DNA from: a virus
Length of the DNA: 64,000 nucleotides
Strand: one strand, 5' to 3'
IMG/VR virus record: IMGVR_UViG_3300025875_000621
Span: 1-64,000 of that record
The notes below the pieces were generated by a model. The model had not been told where the DNA came from, did not search any database, and saw nothing but the letters and a program-made list of their open reading frames with translations. The stretch's first letter is position 1. Each line of letters begins with the position of its first letter. Made by a program: the position numbers and the translations under genes. Shown here in pieces: positions 47,344 to 56,536 of this stretch.

Positions 47344-47377
47344 CAGAGCCCCCCACCCGTCTGGGTGGGGGGCTCTG
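47344..47377. terminator. Hairpin between convergent mob and tra operons
   Basis: CAGAGCCCCCCACCC-gtct-GGGTGGGGGGCTCTG. Confidence 0.8.
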
Positions 47378-47385
47378 CTGCGTGC

Positions 47386-47841
47386 TCAGCTGAACAGACC
47401 GTCCGGTGGCTTCCCCACAGGCAGGGGCTCCGGGCGGTCCTGGTGCCGCTCCGGTGTGCAGGAGCGCATGGGCCCGTCCGGGTCCGTCAGGGCGTCCATG
47501 TGCGGGCGGTAGTGGTCCCGCAGCCACACGGACATGCCGGTGGCCCCGTCCAGGCCCAGGTGCTCCCAGGCGCGCCACAGGGCGTCCAGGGTCAGGACGG
47601 CCTCCGGGTGCTCCCACCAGGTCTGGCACCACACGCGGTTCTGCCCGAACGCGCGCCGGTAGAAGGGCGCCAGCCAGTCCTGGACCCAGGTGGGGGAGTC
47701 CGGGAACTGGAGGGCGGGGGGCTCCTCCGGTGGCGGTGGTGGCTGCCGGGGGCGGGGCTTCACGGACGCGGCCAGGGCCTCCAGGGCCGGGTCTGTGCGG
47801 TCCTGCACAGACCCGGCCCAGGCGTCCGGGGGGACGATCAC
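47386..47841 (-). CDS. DUF4913 family conjugation-associated protein
   Basis: WC..WWEHPEA..LDALWRAWEHL...GMSVWLRDH...DGP. Confidence 0.85.
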   Translation of the reverse strand: MIVPPDAWAGSVQDRTDPALEALAASVKPRPRQPPPPPEEPPALQFPDSPTWVQDWLAPFYRRAFGQNRVWCQTWWEHPEAVLTLDALWRAWEHLGLDGATGMSVWLRDHYRPHMDALTDPDGPMRSCTPERHQDRPEPLPVGKPPDGLFS

Positions 47842-49631
47842 GGGGTGACCCAGGGGCTGCGGGCCCGCACCTCAGCCACGGGCGGCACGTCCGGCTCATG
47901 CTTGACGGCCGGGGGACGGGCGCCGCCGGCGGGGTCGTGGGCGGCCTGGGAGGCGCGTACGGCGTCCGCGTGGGGGCCGTCCATCCACGGGACGGTGCGG
48001 ACCAGGGTGGGCGGGGCGCCGGAGGAGAACACCAGCGCCCTACCCTTCGCCAGGCTGGACAGCTCCTGCACGTCCAGCAGGCGCTCCGCGTGGGTGGAGC
48101 GGCTGGTGGTCCGCTGCCCCTTGGCGTAGGAGGTGGAGACGGTGGTGGGCCGCCACTCCGGGAGCAGCTGGGACAGCTCCTGCAGCCACTCCGTCTCCCG
48201 GACGCCGCCGCCGTAGATGAGCACGTTCGCCGCGGACAGCAGCTTGCGCATGCCGTCCCGGCCCCACACCTCCACGCCCTGGGAGTAGGACTGCAGGATG
48301 GTCAGGATCAGGATGCCGCGGGAGCCGTAGTGGCTGTACATGTCCGGGAGGTCCTTCCACCGGCACACGTTCGCAGCCTCGTCCAGGACGCACACACCGG
48401 GGATGGGGAGCCGGCCGCCGGGGCTCTCCTTGGCGTACGCCTCCGCGGCCTCCGTGATCGACACGGTGAGCGCGGTGACCAGGGGGCCGGTGGAGCCCTC
48501 CCCCTCCCGGGACAGCAGGTGCAGGGTGTCCGCGGAGCGCACGAAGCGGGCGGGGGAGAACTGGCGGCGCCGGTCCCCCGCGGCGGGGGTGACCCAGCGG
48601 GCCGCGGCCCGGGAGGTCAGGAAGGAGCACATGCCCTTCGCGCCGCCGTACACGCCGTCCCGCTGCTTCGGGTTCAGGTTCACCATGCCCTCCAGGGCGG
48701 CGGCCTGCAGCGTGTAGCCCTGCCCGGACTTCCGGAGGATGACGGCGGGCTCATCGTCGGCGGGGGTGGTGAGCCACAGGTACACCTGGGTGATGGGCCG
48801 CTGGGCCACGGCGCAGGCCAGCAGCAGGTTCCCCAGCAGCTCCATGGCCGCGTTGTCGAAGTACGCGTCCGTGCGGGCGCCGACGTCCCGTGAGCTGGTG
48901 GCCCAGAGGCGGGCCAGCTTCTGGGCCTGCACCTCGTCCGTGACGTAGCTCAGCGGGTCCCACCACCAGGTGGGCTGCTCCCCCGCGATGCCCTGCGGAT
49001 CGAACACCCAGACGTGGCCGTGCTCTCCGCGGGGGTCCCGGGTGGCGTCGCACAGGTCCCGCTTGTTACTGGTGGCCACCACCCAGCCGGGGGCGTTCAG
49101 CACCCAGGGGATGCCGTAGGCGGAGGACTTCACGGTGCGGGGCCCGGCGACCAGCAGGGCCACGTCCTCCACCCCGGCGTACAGGGGCTGCCCGCCGGCC
49201 ACGGTGACGCCCAGGGGCTGGCCCACGTAGCCGTCCACGCCCAGGCGGCGGGCGGTGGCGGTGGCGCCCTTACGGCTGAGGGCGCGGAGGTCCTTCCCGC
49301 GGCCCAGGTGTGCACCGGCGCGGTCCACGCTGGGCTTCTGGCCGCGGCGGGCCCACATGGTGAGAAGCAGCCCGCCCGCGCCCAGCAGCAGGGCGGCCAG
49401 GCCGATGCCCAGGGCCAGGGCGCGGGGCGGCCACGGGACGGCGCCCTGGATGACGCCCAGGAGCAGGGCCACGGGGTTCCCGGGGAGCGCGGGCCCGCCG
49501 GGGGTGATCCACCAGCCCACGCGGGTCACCAGGTTCACGCCCCCGACGACCAGGACCACCAGGCTGATGCCCGCCCAGAGCAGGACGGCCTCCGTGTTGC
49601 TGGCGCCGGAGCGGCGGCTGGTGACGCTCAC
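47838..49631 (-). CDS. Type IV coupling protein (VirD4/TraG-like)
   Basis: Two N-terminal TMs, GPRTVKS, TSNKRD, VFDPQ, LDEAANVCRW, SHYGSRGI, ILQSYSQG. Confidence 0.9.
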   Translation of the reverse strand: MSVTSRRSGASNTEAVLLWAGISLVVLVVGGVNLVTRVGWWITPGGPALPGNPVALLLGVIQGAVPWPPRALALGIGLAALLLGAGGLLLTMWARRGQKPSVDRAGAHLGRGKDLRALSRKGATATARRLGVDGYVGQPLGVTVAGGQPLYAGVEDVALLVAGPRTVKSSAYGIPWVLNAPGWVVATSNKRDLCDATRDPRGEHGHVWVFDPQGIAGEQPTWWWDPLSYVTDEVQAQKLARLWATSSRDVGARTDAYFDNAAMELLGNLLLACAVAQRPITQVYLWLTTPADDEPAVILRKSGQGYTLQAAALEGMVNLNPKQRDGVYGGAKGMCSFLTSRAAARWVTPAAGDRRRQFSPARFVRSADTLHLLSREGEGSTGPLVTALTVSITEAAEAYAKESPGGRLPIPGVCVLDEAANVCRWKDLPDMYSHYGSRGILILTILQSYSQGVEVWGRDGMRKLLSAANVLIYGGGVRETEWLQELSQLLPEWRPTTVSTSYAKGQRTTSRSTHAERLLDVQELSSLAKGRALVFSSGAPPTLVRTVPWMDGPHADAVRASQAAHDPAGGARPPAVKHEPDVPPVAEVRARSPWVTP

Positions 49632-50512
49632 TGCCGCGCCCCGTGGTGGCGGGGGGCGTGCGCGTTCTGCCCGGACGGCCGGGCGGGGCCGGTGCCGCGG
49701 TGCAGGGCGCGGGCCCGCGGGTCCACGGGCTCCTCCTCCGGGATCACCCCAGCGTCCCGCAGCCAGTCGTGCGCGCACATGACGTGCTCCGTGACGGAGT
49801 TCATCACCTCACGCCACTGGCCCATGATGCGCTGGCCGGCGGCTTCCACCTGCTCCTGCCACGTCGGCCCCGCTGGCGGGAACGGCACGTCCAGCGCGCG
49901 GGCCAGGTACTCCTGGGTGCGCTGGCGGACCTGCTCCTGCATCTCCCACTGGACGGGGCGGGCGTACGGGACGTCCGGGCGACGGACCAGGGCGGGCAGG
50001 TCCTCCGGGATGGTCAGGGTGCCGTGGTACTCCGCAGGCAGCGGGATGGGCCGCTCTGGCTGCGTGGGGATGCGCGGCTCCGCGGCGGGCTCCAGCTGCG
50101 GCATCTGGACGGCGGGCAGGTTCTGCAGCCAGGAGTGCTGCACAGGCTCATCCACGATCAGGACGGGTGGGCGGGGCGCGGGCCGCGGCCGCCGGGGGAC
50201 GGTCAGCAGCTGCAGCACCTGGCCGTCCCGGGTGAGGTAGTAGTGCGCCAGCAGCTCCCAGGAGTCCGGGCGGCGTTCCACGGATGCCAGCTCCATGCCC
50301 AGCAGGGGCCACGGGCGGTGCGGCGGCCGGTCCCATGCGGTCACCAGCGGGTTCCCGTAGGAGTCCACGTCCACCGGCCGGTCATCCTCAGCCAGGGCGG
50401 GGGTCCAGGTGGCCGCGTCGTACGTGGCGTCCCAGTCCGGGTCCGGCTGCTCTCCCTCCGCCAGCAGGGCGTCCAGCTCCGCCAGCAGGTCCTCCGTGCG
50501 GTCCGCGCTCAC
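49628..50512 (-). CDS. Hypothetical protein inserted between VirB4 and VirD4
   Basis: Coupled on both sides; ends DPRARAL..RGTGP. Confidence 0.6.
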   Translation of the reverse strand: MSADRTEDLLAELDALLAEGEQPDPDWDATYDAATWTPALAEDDRPVDVDSYGNPLVTAWDRPPHRPWPLLGMELASVERRPDSWELLAHYYLTRDGQVLQLLTVPRRPRPAPRPPVLIVDEPVQHSWLQNLPAVQMPQLEPAAEPRIPTQPERPIPLPAEYHGTLTIPEDLPALVRRPDVPYARPVQWEMQEQVRQRTQEYLARALDVPFPPAGPTWQEQVEAAGQRIMGQWREVMNSVTEHVMCAHDWLRDAGVIPEEEPVDPRARALHRGTGPARPSGQNAHAPRHHGARQ

Positions 50513-52056
50513 GCCGCGGCCTCCTTCTGTAGCTGCACCGGGGCGGTGGTCCACCGGTGGTTCGTGTTGTTCAGGGCCAGCTCCGTCCGGGTGAGCACCA
50601 CCTGCACGGGGATGCCCGGCCGGCCGCCCACCTTCACCAGGAACTTCCCGCGGCCGGGCGGGGGCTCCTCCCGGCCCGCGGCCTGGTTCCAGGCCGGGGG
50701 GTCCGTCCAAGAGACCAGCACCTCCTCCTCCGCGGCGGAGAGCCCCACCACGTTCCGCAGCATGGGCATCTCACTGGCGGGGAGCCCGGCGCAGACGACC
50801 ATGCCGGAGGCGGCCACCAGCTGGCGGGCCATGGCGCGGTCTGCCTCATCCGGCAGGGTCTCCAGGTCCTCCATGCTGTGGGTGATGGACAGCTGGCCGG
50901 TGCCCCGCTGGCGGTTCAGCTTGGACAGGGCGCTGACGCGGCGGACCATGCCGCGGCCGGCGCGCAGCGGGCGCCACAGTTCGTCCTGGACGGTGAAGTA
51001 GCGGCGCTGGGGCTCCAGCCCGGCGTCCGCCAGGGCGTGCGCGATGTTGACCATCCCGAACCCGGCGGACCAGCACGCCAGGAGGAGCGCGGCCTGCAGG
51101 TCCTCCTGGGAGTCATCCACGCTGGACACGTCGAACACCAGGGGCCGGTCACGGCGCAGCGGGGTGGTGGTCTGCTGGGAGAACACCTCCCCGAACACGC
51201 CGCCGCACAGGCCCACCAGGGTGGCCTCCAGCGGCTCCGTGATCTGCAGGTACCGCTCCGTGCTGCCTCTGTCGATCGCCACCTCCCGCACCTCCGGGGG
51301 TGCGGACCGGATGACGCGGAGCAGGTCGTGCAGGGTGGGGATGCCCTGGTGGTCCCGGTCCAGGACGCGCAGCGCCCGGTCCACGATGGACTCCTCACGG
51401 TCTGTGGGGGGCGCGGACCGCCGGATGGTGACCAGGGCGGAGACCATGGTGACGCGGCGGCCGTGCGCGTCCGCCACGATCTGGGCGCGGTACTGGCGCA
51501 GCTCCGCGGCGCGGGCGGTGTCCCCGTCTGTCTCCGCGGCCGCGGCGGCGGTCTCCAGCAGCTCCGCCGCGGCGGTGGCCTCTCCGGGGTCCAGGACGTT
51601 GATGCTGCCGCGGCCCAGGCCCAGGGACAGGACCTGGCCGCCCATGGCCCGGATGGGCGCCACGTAGTCCGGTTTCAGGTCTCCCAGCACCAGGGGGATG
51701 ACCCCGCACGCGTCCAGGCCGATGATCCAGCGGCGGCCCACGGTGGACTTCCCCAGGCCGGGCTTCCCCAGGATGAACGCGGACGGGTTGCTGATGAGGT
51801 TGGCCCGCTGGAACCAGGCGATGGGGTCACAGCAGACGGTGGCGCCTCCACCGCCGCCCAGGTGACGGCCCAGGGGCACGCCGATGAGGGGGGTGCCGGC
51901 GCCCACGGACCAGGGGTACAGGCCGTTCACCTGGACGGTGGTGCCGCGGAACTCGTCCGCGGGCTGCAGGTAGGTGGCCTCTCCGCGGCCGTGGCCCTTC
52001 CAGCCGCGGGGGCCGGGCAGGGGGGCGGTGGCGGGCTTCTTCTTCCGGCCGATCAC
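50509..52056 (-). CDS. VirB4-like conjugation ATPase
   Basis: LGKPGLGKST, GDLKPDY, QDELWR, LNRQRG. Confidence 0.88.
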   Translation of the reverse strand: MIGRKKKPATAPLPGPRGWKGHGRGEATYLQPADEFRGTTVQVNGLYPWSVGAGTPLIGVPLGRHLGGGGGATVCCDPIAWFQRANLISNPSAFILGKPGLGKSTVGRRWIIGLDACGVIPLVLGDLKPDYVAPIRAMGGQVLSLGLGRGSINVLDPGEATAAAELLETAAAAAETDGDTARAAELRQYRAQIVADAHGRRVTMVSALVTIRRSAPPTDREESIVDRALRVLDRDHQGIPTLHDLLRVIRSAPPEVREVAIDRGSTERYLQITEPLEATLVGLCGGVFGEVFSQQTTTPLRRDRPLVFDVSSVDDSQEDLQAALLLACWSAGFGMVNIAHALADAGLEPQRRYFTVQDELWRPLRAGRGMVRRVSALSKLNRQRGTGQLSITHSMEDLETLPDEADRAMARQLVAASGMVVCAGLPASEMPMLRNVVGLSAAEEEVLVSWTDPPAWNQAAGREEPPPGRGKFLVKVGGRPGIPVQVVLTRTELALNNTNHRWTTAPVQLQKEAAA

Positions 52057-53615
52057 AGGGACTCCCGGATGACGGAGGGCAGGGCCAGGTGGTCCGGCAG
52101 GACCAGGCCCAGGGGCAGGGCGGCGGAGAACGCGGAGTCCTGGGAGCCGGTGACGGGGCGGAGGGTGATGCGGGCGGTGGCGGACAGGTTGTCCACCGCG
52201 GCGCGGGCGTCCTCCACGCGGAGCGCCAGGTGCTCCTCCGGGGTGCGCCAGGACTCCTGCTCCTCCCAGCGCCAGCGGGCGGGGGTGTCCAGGATGGTGG
52301 CGGTCACGACCAGCCCGAAGTTCACCAGGCCGGCGCCGCGCGCCTCCTCCTTCGCGGACTTGTCCGCGGACTCCTTCGCCGCCAGGTTCCGGGCGGAGGG
52401 CCGTTCCACGCTGGCGCGGGCGTCCGCGTTCTGCTTGTCCAGCTCCACGATGCGGGCGGCGCGGGCGGAGTCCATGGGCCGGTACAGCAGGGTGACGCGC
52501 TTCCGGTCCACGGACGTGTGCGGGGACAGCAGCTCCTGCAGCACGGAGTCATACACCTCTCCGCGGGGGGCCTGGGACATGGACCAGGTGACGGACACGG
52601 CGCCGTCGTGCCGGTAGTAGGGGACGGCGGCGTGGTGTCCGGCGGGGCCCACGTCCTGCCAGCGCAACTCCACGGGCTCACCGCTGGCGCGGGCCTCATC
52701 GAACACGGGCCCGGACCGGGGGTCGTACGCCGTGCGGATCACCTCGCACAGCTCCGCGGCGGAGAGGGGCCGCGCTGCGCCGGCGCCGGTGGTGTGGAGC
52801 CCGGCGGCCAGGTTCGGGATGCGGGACGCCAGGTCCCGGGCCACCTCCTCCGCGTTCCGGCGCTTCCCCCCGGTGCGGGTGGCGGCGGTGAACGTGAGCG
52901 CCACCCAGGCCCGGGTGCTGGCCTGCCCCGCCGGGTAGCTGGTGACGATCTCCTCCAGGACGGTGTGGGACAGCCGCGGCGGGCCCTGCAGGTTGCTGCG
53001 CACCTCCGTGCGGAGGCGGGTGCCGGTGTCCGGGGCGGTCTCCACGGTGACGGAGGCCGCGGTCAGGCCGGGCTCATCACCCAGGCTGGCCATGTAGCCG
53101 CCCCAGTTGGCCACGTACCGGGTGACCTGCTCCCGGTCCACCAGCTGCGCGCCGTTCGGTTCGCACTCCAGCACCACGGTGAAGTGGCCGGTGGCGGGGA
53201 CGTGGAGGAGTGCGAACGGGTGGCCGTAGGAGTCCCGGCCCTCTGAGAGGCGGGACGGGGCGGCCAGGCCGGGCAGCTGGAAGGTGCCCCAGTCCGTGCG
53301 TCCCAGCGGGCCGGAGCGGTACAGGTGGGAGCCGGAGCGGCGGGCGCGGCGGGAGCCCACGCTGGCGCCGATGCGCTGGAGGCCGGAGCGGTGGTGCCGG
53401 TCCCGGAGGGTGAGCGCGCCCAGGAACAGGGCCACCAGACCGGCCAGCACCAGGGCGGGGATGATGCCGGCCAGGGACAGGGTGAGGATGACCAGCACGC
53501 AGGCGCCCAGGAGGACGTAGGTGCCCAGGCGGCCCAGGTGCCCGATGCCGGGGGTCTCTGGGCGCCGGTAGTTCCCGTGGGTGGGCCGGTCCTGGACGGT
53601 GCTACTTGCTGCCAC
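52053..53615 (-). CDS. SCO6880/PrgI-like (VirB3-type) membrane protein
   Basis: HGNYRRP, two TMs, YRHDGAVSVTW, QDSAFSAALPLG; upstream of VirB4. Confidence 0.8.
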   Translation of the reverse strand: MAASSTVQDRPTHGNYRRPETPGIGHLGRLGTYVLLGACVLVILTLSLAGIIPALVLAGLVALFLGALTLRDRHHRSGLQRIGASVGSRRARRSGSHLYRSGPLGRTDWGTFQLPGLAAPSRLSEGRDSYGHPFALLHVPATGHFTVVLECEPNGAQLVDREQVTRYVANWGGYMASLGDEPGLTAASVTVETAPDTGTRLRTEVRSNLQGPPRLSHTVLEEIVTSYPAGQASTRAWVALTFTAATRTGGKRRNAEEVARDLASRIPNLAAGLHTTGAGAARPLSAAELCEVIRTAYDPRSGPVFDEARASGEPVELRWQDVGPAGHHAAVPYYRHDGAVSVTWSMSQAPRGEVYDSVLQELLSPHTSVDRKRVTLLYRPMDSARAARIVELDKQNADARASVERPSARNLAAKESADKSAKEEARGAGLVNFGLVVTATILDTPARWRWEEQESWRTPEEHLALRVEDARAAVDNLSATARITLRPVTGSQDSAFSAALPLGLVLPDHLALPSVIRESL

Positions 53616-54819
53616 TGGGTCCTCCGTCGTCGTCCTGGTCGGGTGCGCCAGCGCCGCTGGCGGTGTTCTGGCCCAGCACCTGCGCCACGGCGGCGCCGCG
53701 GGTGAGGGTGGCCACCCCGCCGCCTGCTGCCGTACCGCTGCCCCCGGGTCCACCGCTGGGGCCTCCGCTGGGGCCTCCGCCGCCGGCGGTGGGGGAGCCG
53801 GACGGGCCGGGGCCGCCGGGTGCGCCCGGGGCGCCAGGTCCACCGGTGCCGCCGGCTGCTGCTCCCCGGGTGGCGCCGCGGGGGACCACGGCGGAGCCGG
53901 AGGGCATGGCCATGGCCGCCACGGTGCCCGCGGCCGCTAGGCCACCGCCGCCGCCACCGGACACGGCGGACACGGCGGGCACCATCAGCCGGAGCAGGGC
54001 GGGCAGAGCCAGCAGGGACAGGAAGTGGAGCGCGATGCCGGAGGTGGACTCCGTGAGCTTGTCCCCGCCGTCCGCGTTCCCCACCATCTGGAAGCTGGCC
54101 GCGTAGATGGTGGCCGCGGTGGGCTTGTACAGCGTGAACGCCAGCAGCCAGCCAGTGATCTTGTCGAACCAGTTACGGCCTATGGCCGTGTTCGTGGCCG
54201 CGGCGGACAGCTGCCAGGACCCGGCCAGCAGGACCAGCAGCCCCCCGCGGGCCACCAGCAGGATGATCTGCACCACGTTGATGACCAGGGCCGTGAGCGC
54301 CACCCCGATGATGATGATGACGGTCATGGTGGCGTTCTCCACGTCCCCGGGGCCCAGGTTCAGCATGGCCACCAGGTCCTCCCCGAAGTTGTCCGTGGAC
54401 CGGCCCAGAATCCAGGTGGAGTACGCCTCCCCCGCGGTGATGCACAGCTGCAGCACGGTGAGCCCGGCGCCGGAGACGGCGATGAGCCGGGCCAGGGACT
54501 GCACCAGCTGCTTCCCGGGTTCCGCGCGGCGCTCCAGGGCCATGCGTATGGCGGCCACCAGGACGGAGAGCACGGCCACGGACAGGACCAGCCACCGCAG
54601 GGACCCCTCCAGGAAGTTCACCGTGCCGGAGGCGTCCCCGCCGCCGGGACCGGGGGTGGCCACCTCCGGGGTGGGGGCGCTCATCCAGAAGGTGGCCAGT
54701 GAGGTGGTGGCCTGGCCCAGGCCGGCGATGAGCTTGTTCGCCAGGTCTGTGAACGCGTCATCCAGCGCGGCGCTGGCCTTGCAGCCGAAGTCCACCAGGC
54801 CGCAGTCCGGCTCAGGCAC
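53602..54819 (-). CDS. VirB6/TrbL-like polytopic membrane protein
   Basis: Multiple TMs, AFTLYKP, Gly/Pro-rich tail; tra operon context. Confidence 0.75.
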   Translation of the reverse strand: MPEPDCGLVDFGCKASAALDDAFTDLANKLIAGLGQATTSLATFWMSAPTPEVATPGPGGGDASGTVNFLEGSLRWLVLSVAVLSVLVAAIRMALERRAEPGKQLVQSLARLIAVSGAGLTVLQLCITAGEAYSTWILGRSTDNFGEDLVAMLNLGPGDVENATMTVIIIIGVALTALVINVVQIILLVARGGLLVLLAGSWQLSAAATNTAIGRNWFDKITGWLLAFTLYKPTAATIYAASFQMVGNADGGDKLTESTSGIALHFLSLLALPALLRLMVPAVSAVSGGGGGGLAAAGTVAAMAMPSGSAVVPRGATRGAAAGGTGGPGAPGAPGGPGPSGSPTAGGGGPSGGPSGGPGGSGTAAGGGVATLTRGAAVAQVLGQNTASGAGAPDQDDDGGPSGSK

Positions 54820-55590
54820 TCAGGCCCCCCACGGCACGTAGCCGGTCAGGGACGGCAGCTGCCCGGCGCGGCCGGCCACGTCTCCGTCTGCGGGGAGGTC
54901 CACGCGCCAGTCCCCGTCCTCCCAGATGAGGGAGAGGGGAACGGAGGCCAGGCCGGCGGAGCTGGAGCCGCGGACGGCCAGGCTGAGGCTGGCCACGTCC
55001 TCCGTGTAGGAGGTGACCCGGAACCCGGCCAGCTGGTAGCGGGCGCCGGTGCCGGTGACCCGCTGCGGGTCATCCTCCAGCTGGTCCAGCAGGGCCTGCC
55101 GGCCGGGGCCGGTGGTCATGGTGTCCACGGCCGCGGGCAGCTGACGGGCGTCCGTGGTGGCGCCCAGGAAGCTGGCCGCTGCGTACAGGGCGCCCTCCGG
55201 GGTGCGCGCGAAGCAGGAGCGGAGCCCGGTGGCCGGGTCCACCTGGCCGGGCCCGGCGGCGTCCGGGTTGCTGGGGACGGCCAGGAAGCCGACCAGCTCC
55301 CACTGCCCGCCGGCGGGCGGGGTCATGGGCACGGTCTGGGGGCCTGCGGGCTGCGCGCAGTCCCCGGGCTGGGCGTCCGGTGCGCCGGTGGCCGGGGCGG
55401 GCGCCACGGCCGTGGGCACGGGGGCGTTCTGCGGGTCCTTCCCCAGGAACACGGTGTACAGCCCCAGCAGGACCACGGCCAGGAGGACCGTGCCGGCCAG
55501 GTAGCCGGTGCCGGGGTGGTGCCAGGCGCGGCGGAGCGTGCCGGGGCGCTCCGCCTCCTTCTCCGGGGTGTCCGGCTGGGTGCGGGTCAT
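54820..55590 (-). CDS. Single-TM conjugation protein (VirB8-like)
   Basis: CFARTPEGALYAA; LIWEDGDWRV. Confidence 0.65.
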   Translation of the reverse strand: MTRTQPDTPEKEAERPGTLRRAWHHPGTGYLAGTVLLAVVLLGLYTVFLGKDPQNAPVPTAVAPAPATGAPDAQPGDCAQPAGPQTVPMTPPAGGQWELVGFLAVPSNPDAAGPGQVDPATGLRSCFARTPEGALYAAASFLGATTDARQLPAAVDTMTTGPGRQALLDQLEDDPQRVTGTGARYQLAGFRVTSYTEDVASLSLAVRGSSSAGLASVPLSLIWEDGDWRVDLPADGDVAGRAGQLPSLTGYVPWGA

Positions 55591-55862
55591 CAGAGGAGCG
55601 CCGTCACCAGCGGGCCCGCGGAGCTGCCGATGATCGCGGCGCCCATGACCCAGCCCAGGGAGCCGGCGTGCTTACCGCCCTCCCCGTGCTTGTGCTGCAG
55701 GGCCATGAGGATGGCGGTCACGATGACGCCGATCACGCAGGCGATGGTGAGGCCCCAGGCCAGGTAGCCCAGGCCGGTGTCCACCCCCTCCATGCCGTCC
55801 GGCCGGACAGGGGTGGGCTGCTCCACAGCCAGCACGGTGAGGGTGTGCAGGGTGTCACGCAC
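55590..55862 (-). CDS. Small pilin/VirB2(TrbC)-like membrane protein
   Basis: Two hydrophobic helices; LGWVMGAAIIGSSA. Confidence 0.65.
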   Translation of the reverse strand: MRDTLHTLTVLAVEQPTPVRPDGMEGVDTGLGYLAWGLTIACVIGVIVTAILMALQHKHGEGGKHAGSLGWVMGAAIIGSSAGPLVTALL

Positions 55863-56448
55863 GGGGTGCCTCCTGGGCGGTGATGGGGTTGACCAGGGCG
55901 GAGACGTCCTGGAGTAGGTGGCGGACGGGGCGTGGCTGGGTGCGGGGCTGCTCACCCACGCGCCACTCCTCCATCCACGGGAGCCGCCAGACCCGGGGGA
56001 CTCCCCCGGTGATGAGGGCGGCCAGCTCCTGCAGCGGCCGCGGGAGGCGGCCGGGGGCGTCTGCCAGCAGGACCAGGCCCAGCAGGTCCTGCTGCAGGGC
56101 CGGGACGCCGCGCCCGGCCCACTGGCGGGCGGCGGCCTGGGCGGCGGTGAGCCCGGCCAGACTGGTGCGGGCCACCAACAGGGTGGGGACCGGGATGCCG
56201 GGCCAGGTGCGCTCCCCGTCGTAGCCGTCCAGCAGGCCGGAGAGAGTGGTGACCCCGGCTCCGCCGTGCGCGCCGGTGAGCCACAGCCTCACGGGCTCCT
56301 GGTGGAACACCTGCTGGACGCGCAGCGGGCCGGGCATGGTGACCAGCGGACCGTGCGGCGTGGTGGGGCCGGTGGCGGGGGCCGCGGGGGGCTCCTCCGC
56401 CACCGGCTCTACCGTCTCTGCTGGGCGGGTCAGCCACGGGTTCGTCAT
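55855..56448 (-). CDS. DUF6668-like P-loop protein
   Basis: GAHGGAGVTTL, LLVART, ADAPGRLPRPL. Confidence 0.75.
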   Translation of the reverse strand: MTNPWLTRPAETVEPVAEEPPAAPATGPTTPHGPLVTMPGPLRVQQVFHQEPVRLWLTGAHGGAGVTTLSGLLDGYDGERTWPGIPVPTLLVARTSLAGLTAAQAAARQWAGRGVPALQQDLLGLVLLADAPGRLPRPLQELAALITGGVPRVWRLPWMEEWRVGEQPRTQPRPVRHLLQDVSALVNPITAQEAPRA

Positions 56449-56536
56449 GCCGCGCTCCCCCCGGTTAGCAACTGGTGACGGTCGGTGCCGCCTCCGTGAC
56501 TTTATCCCAGCTAACGCCACGCGCAACAGTGCCAGC

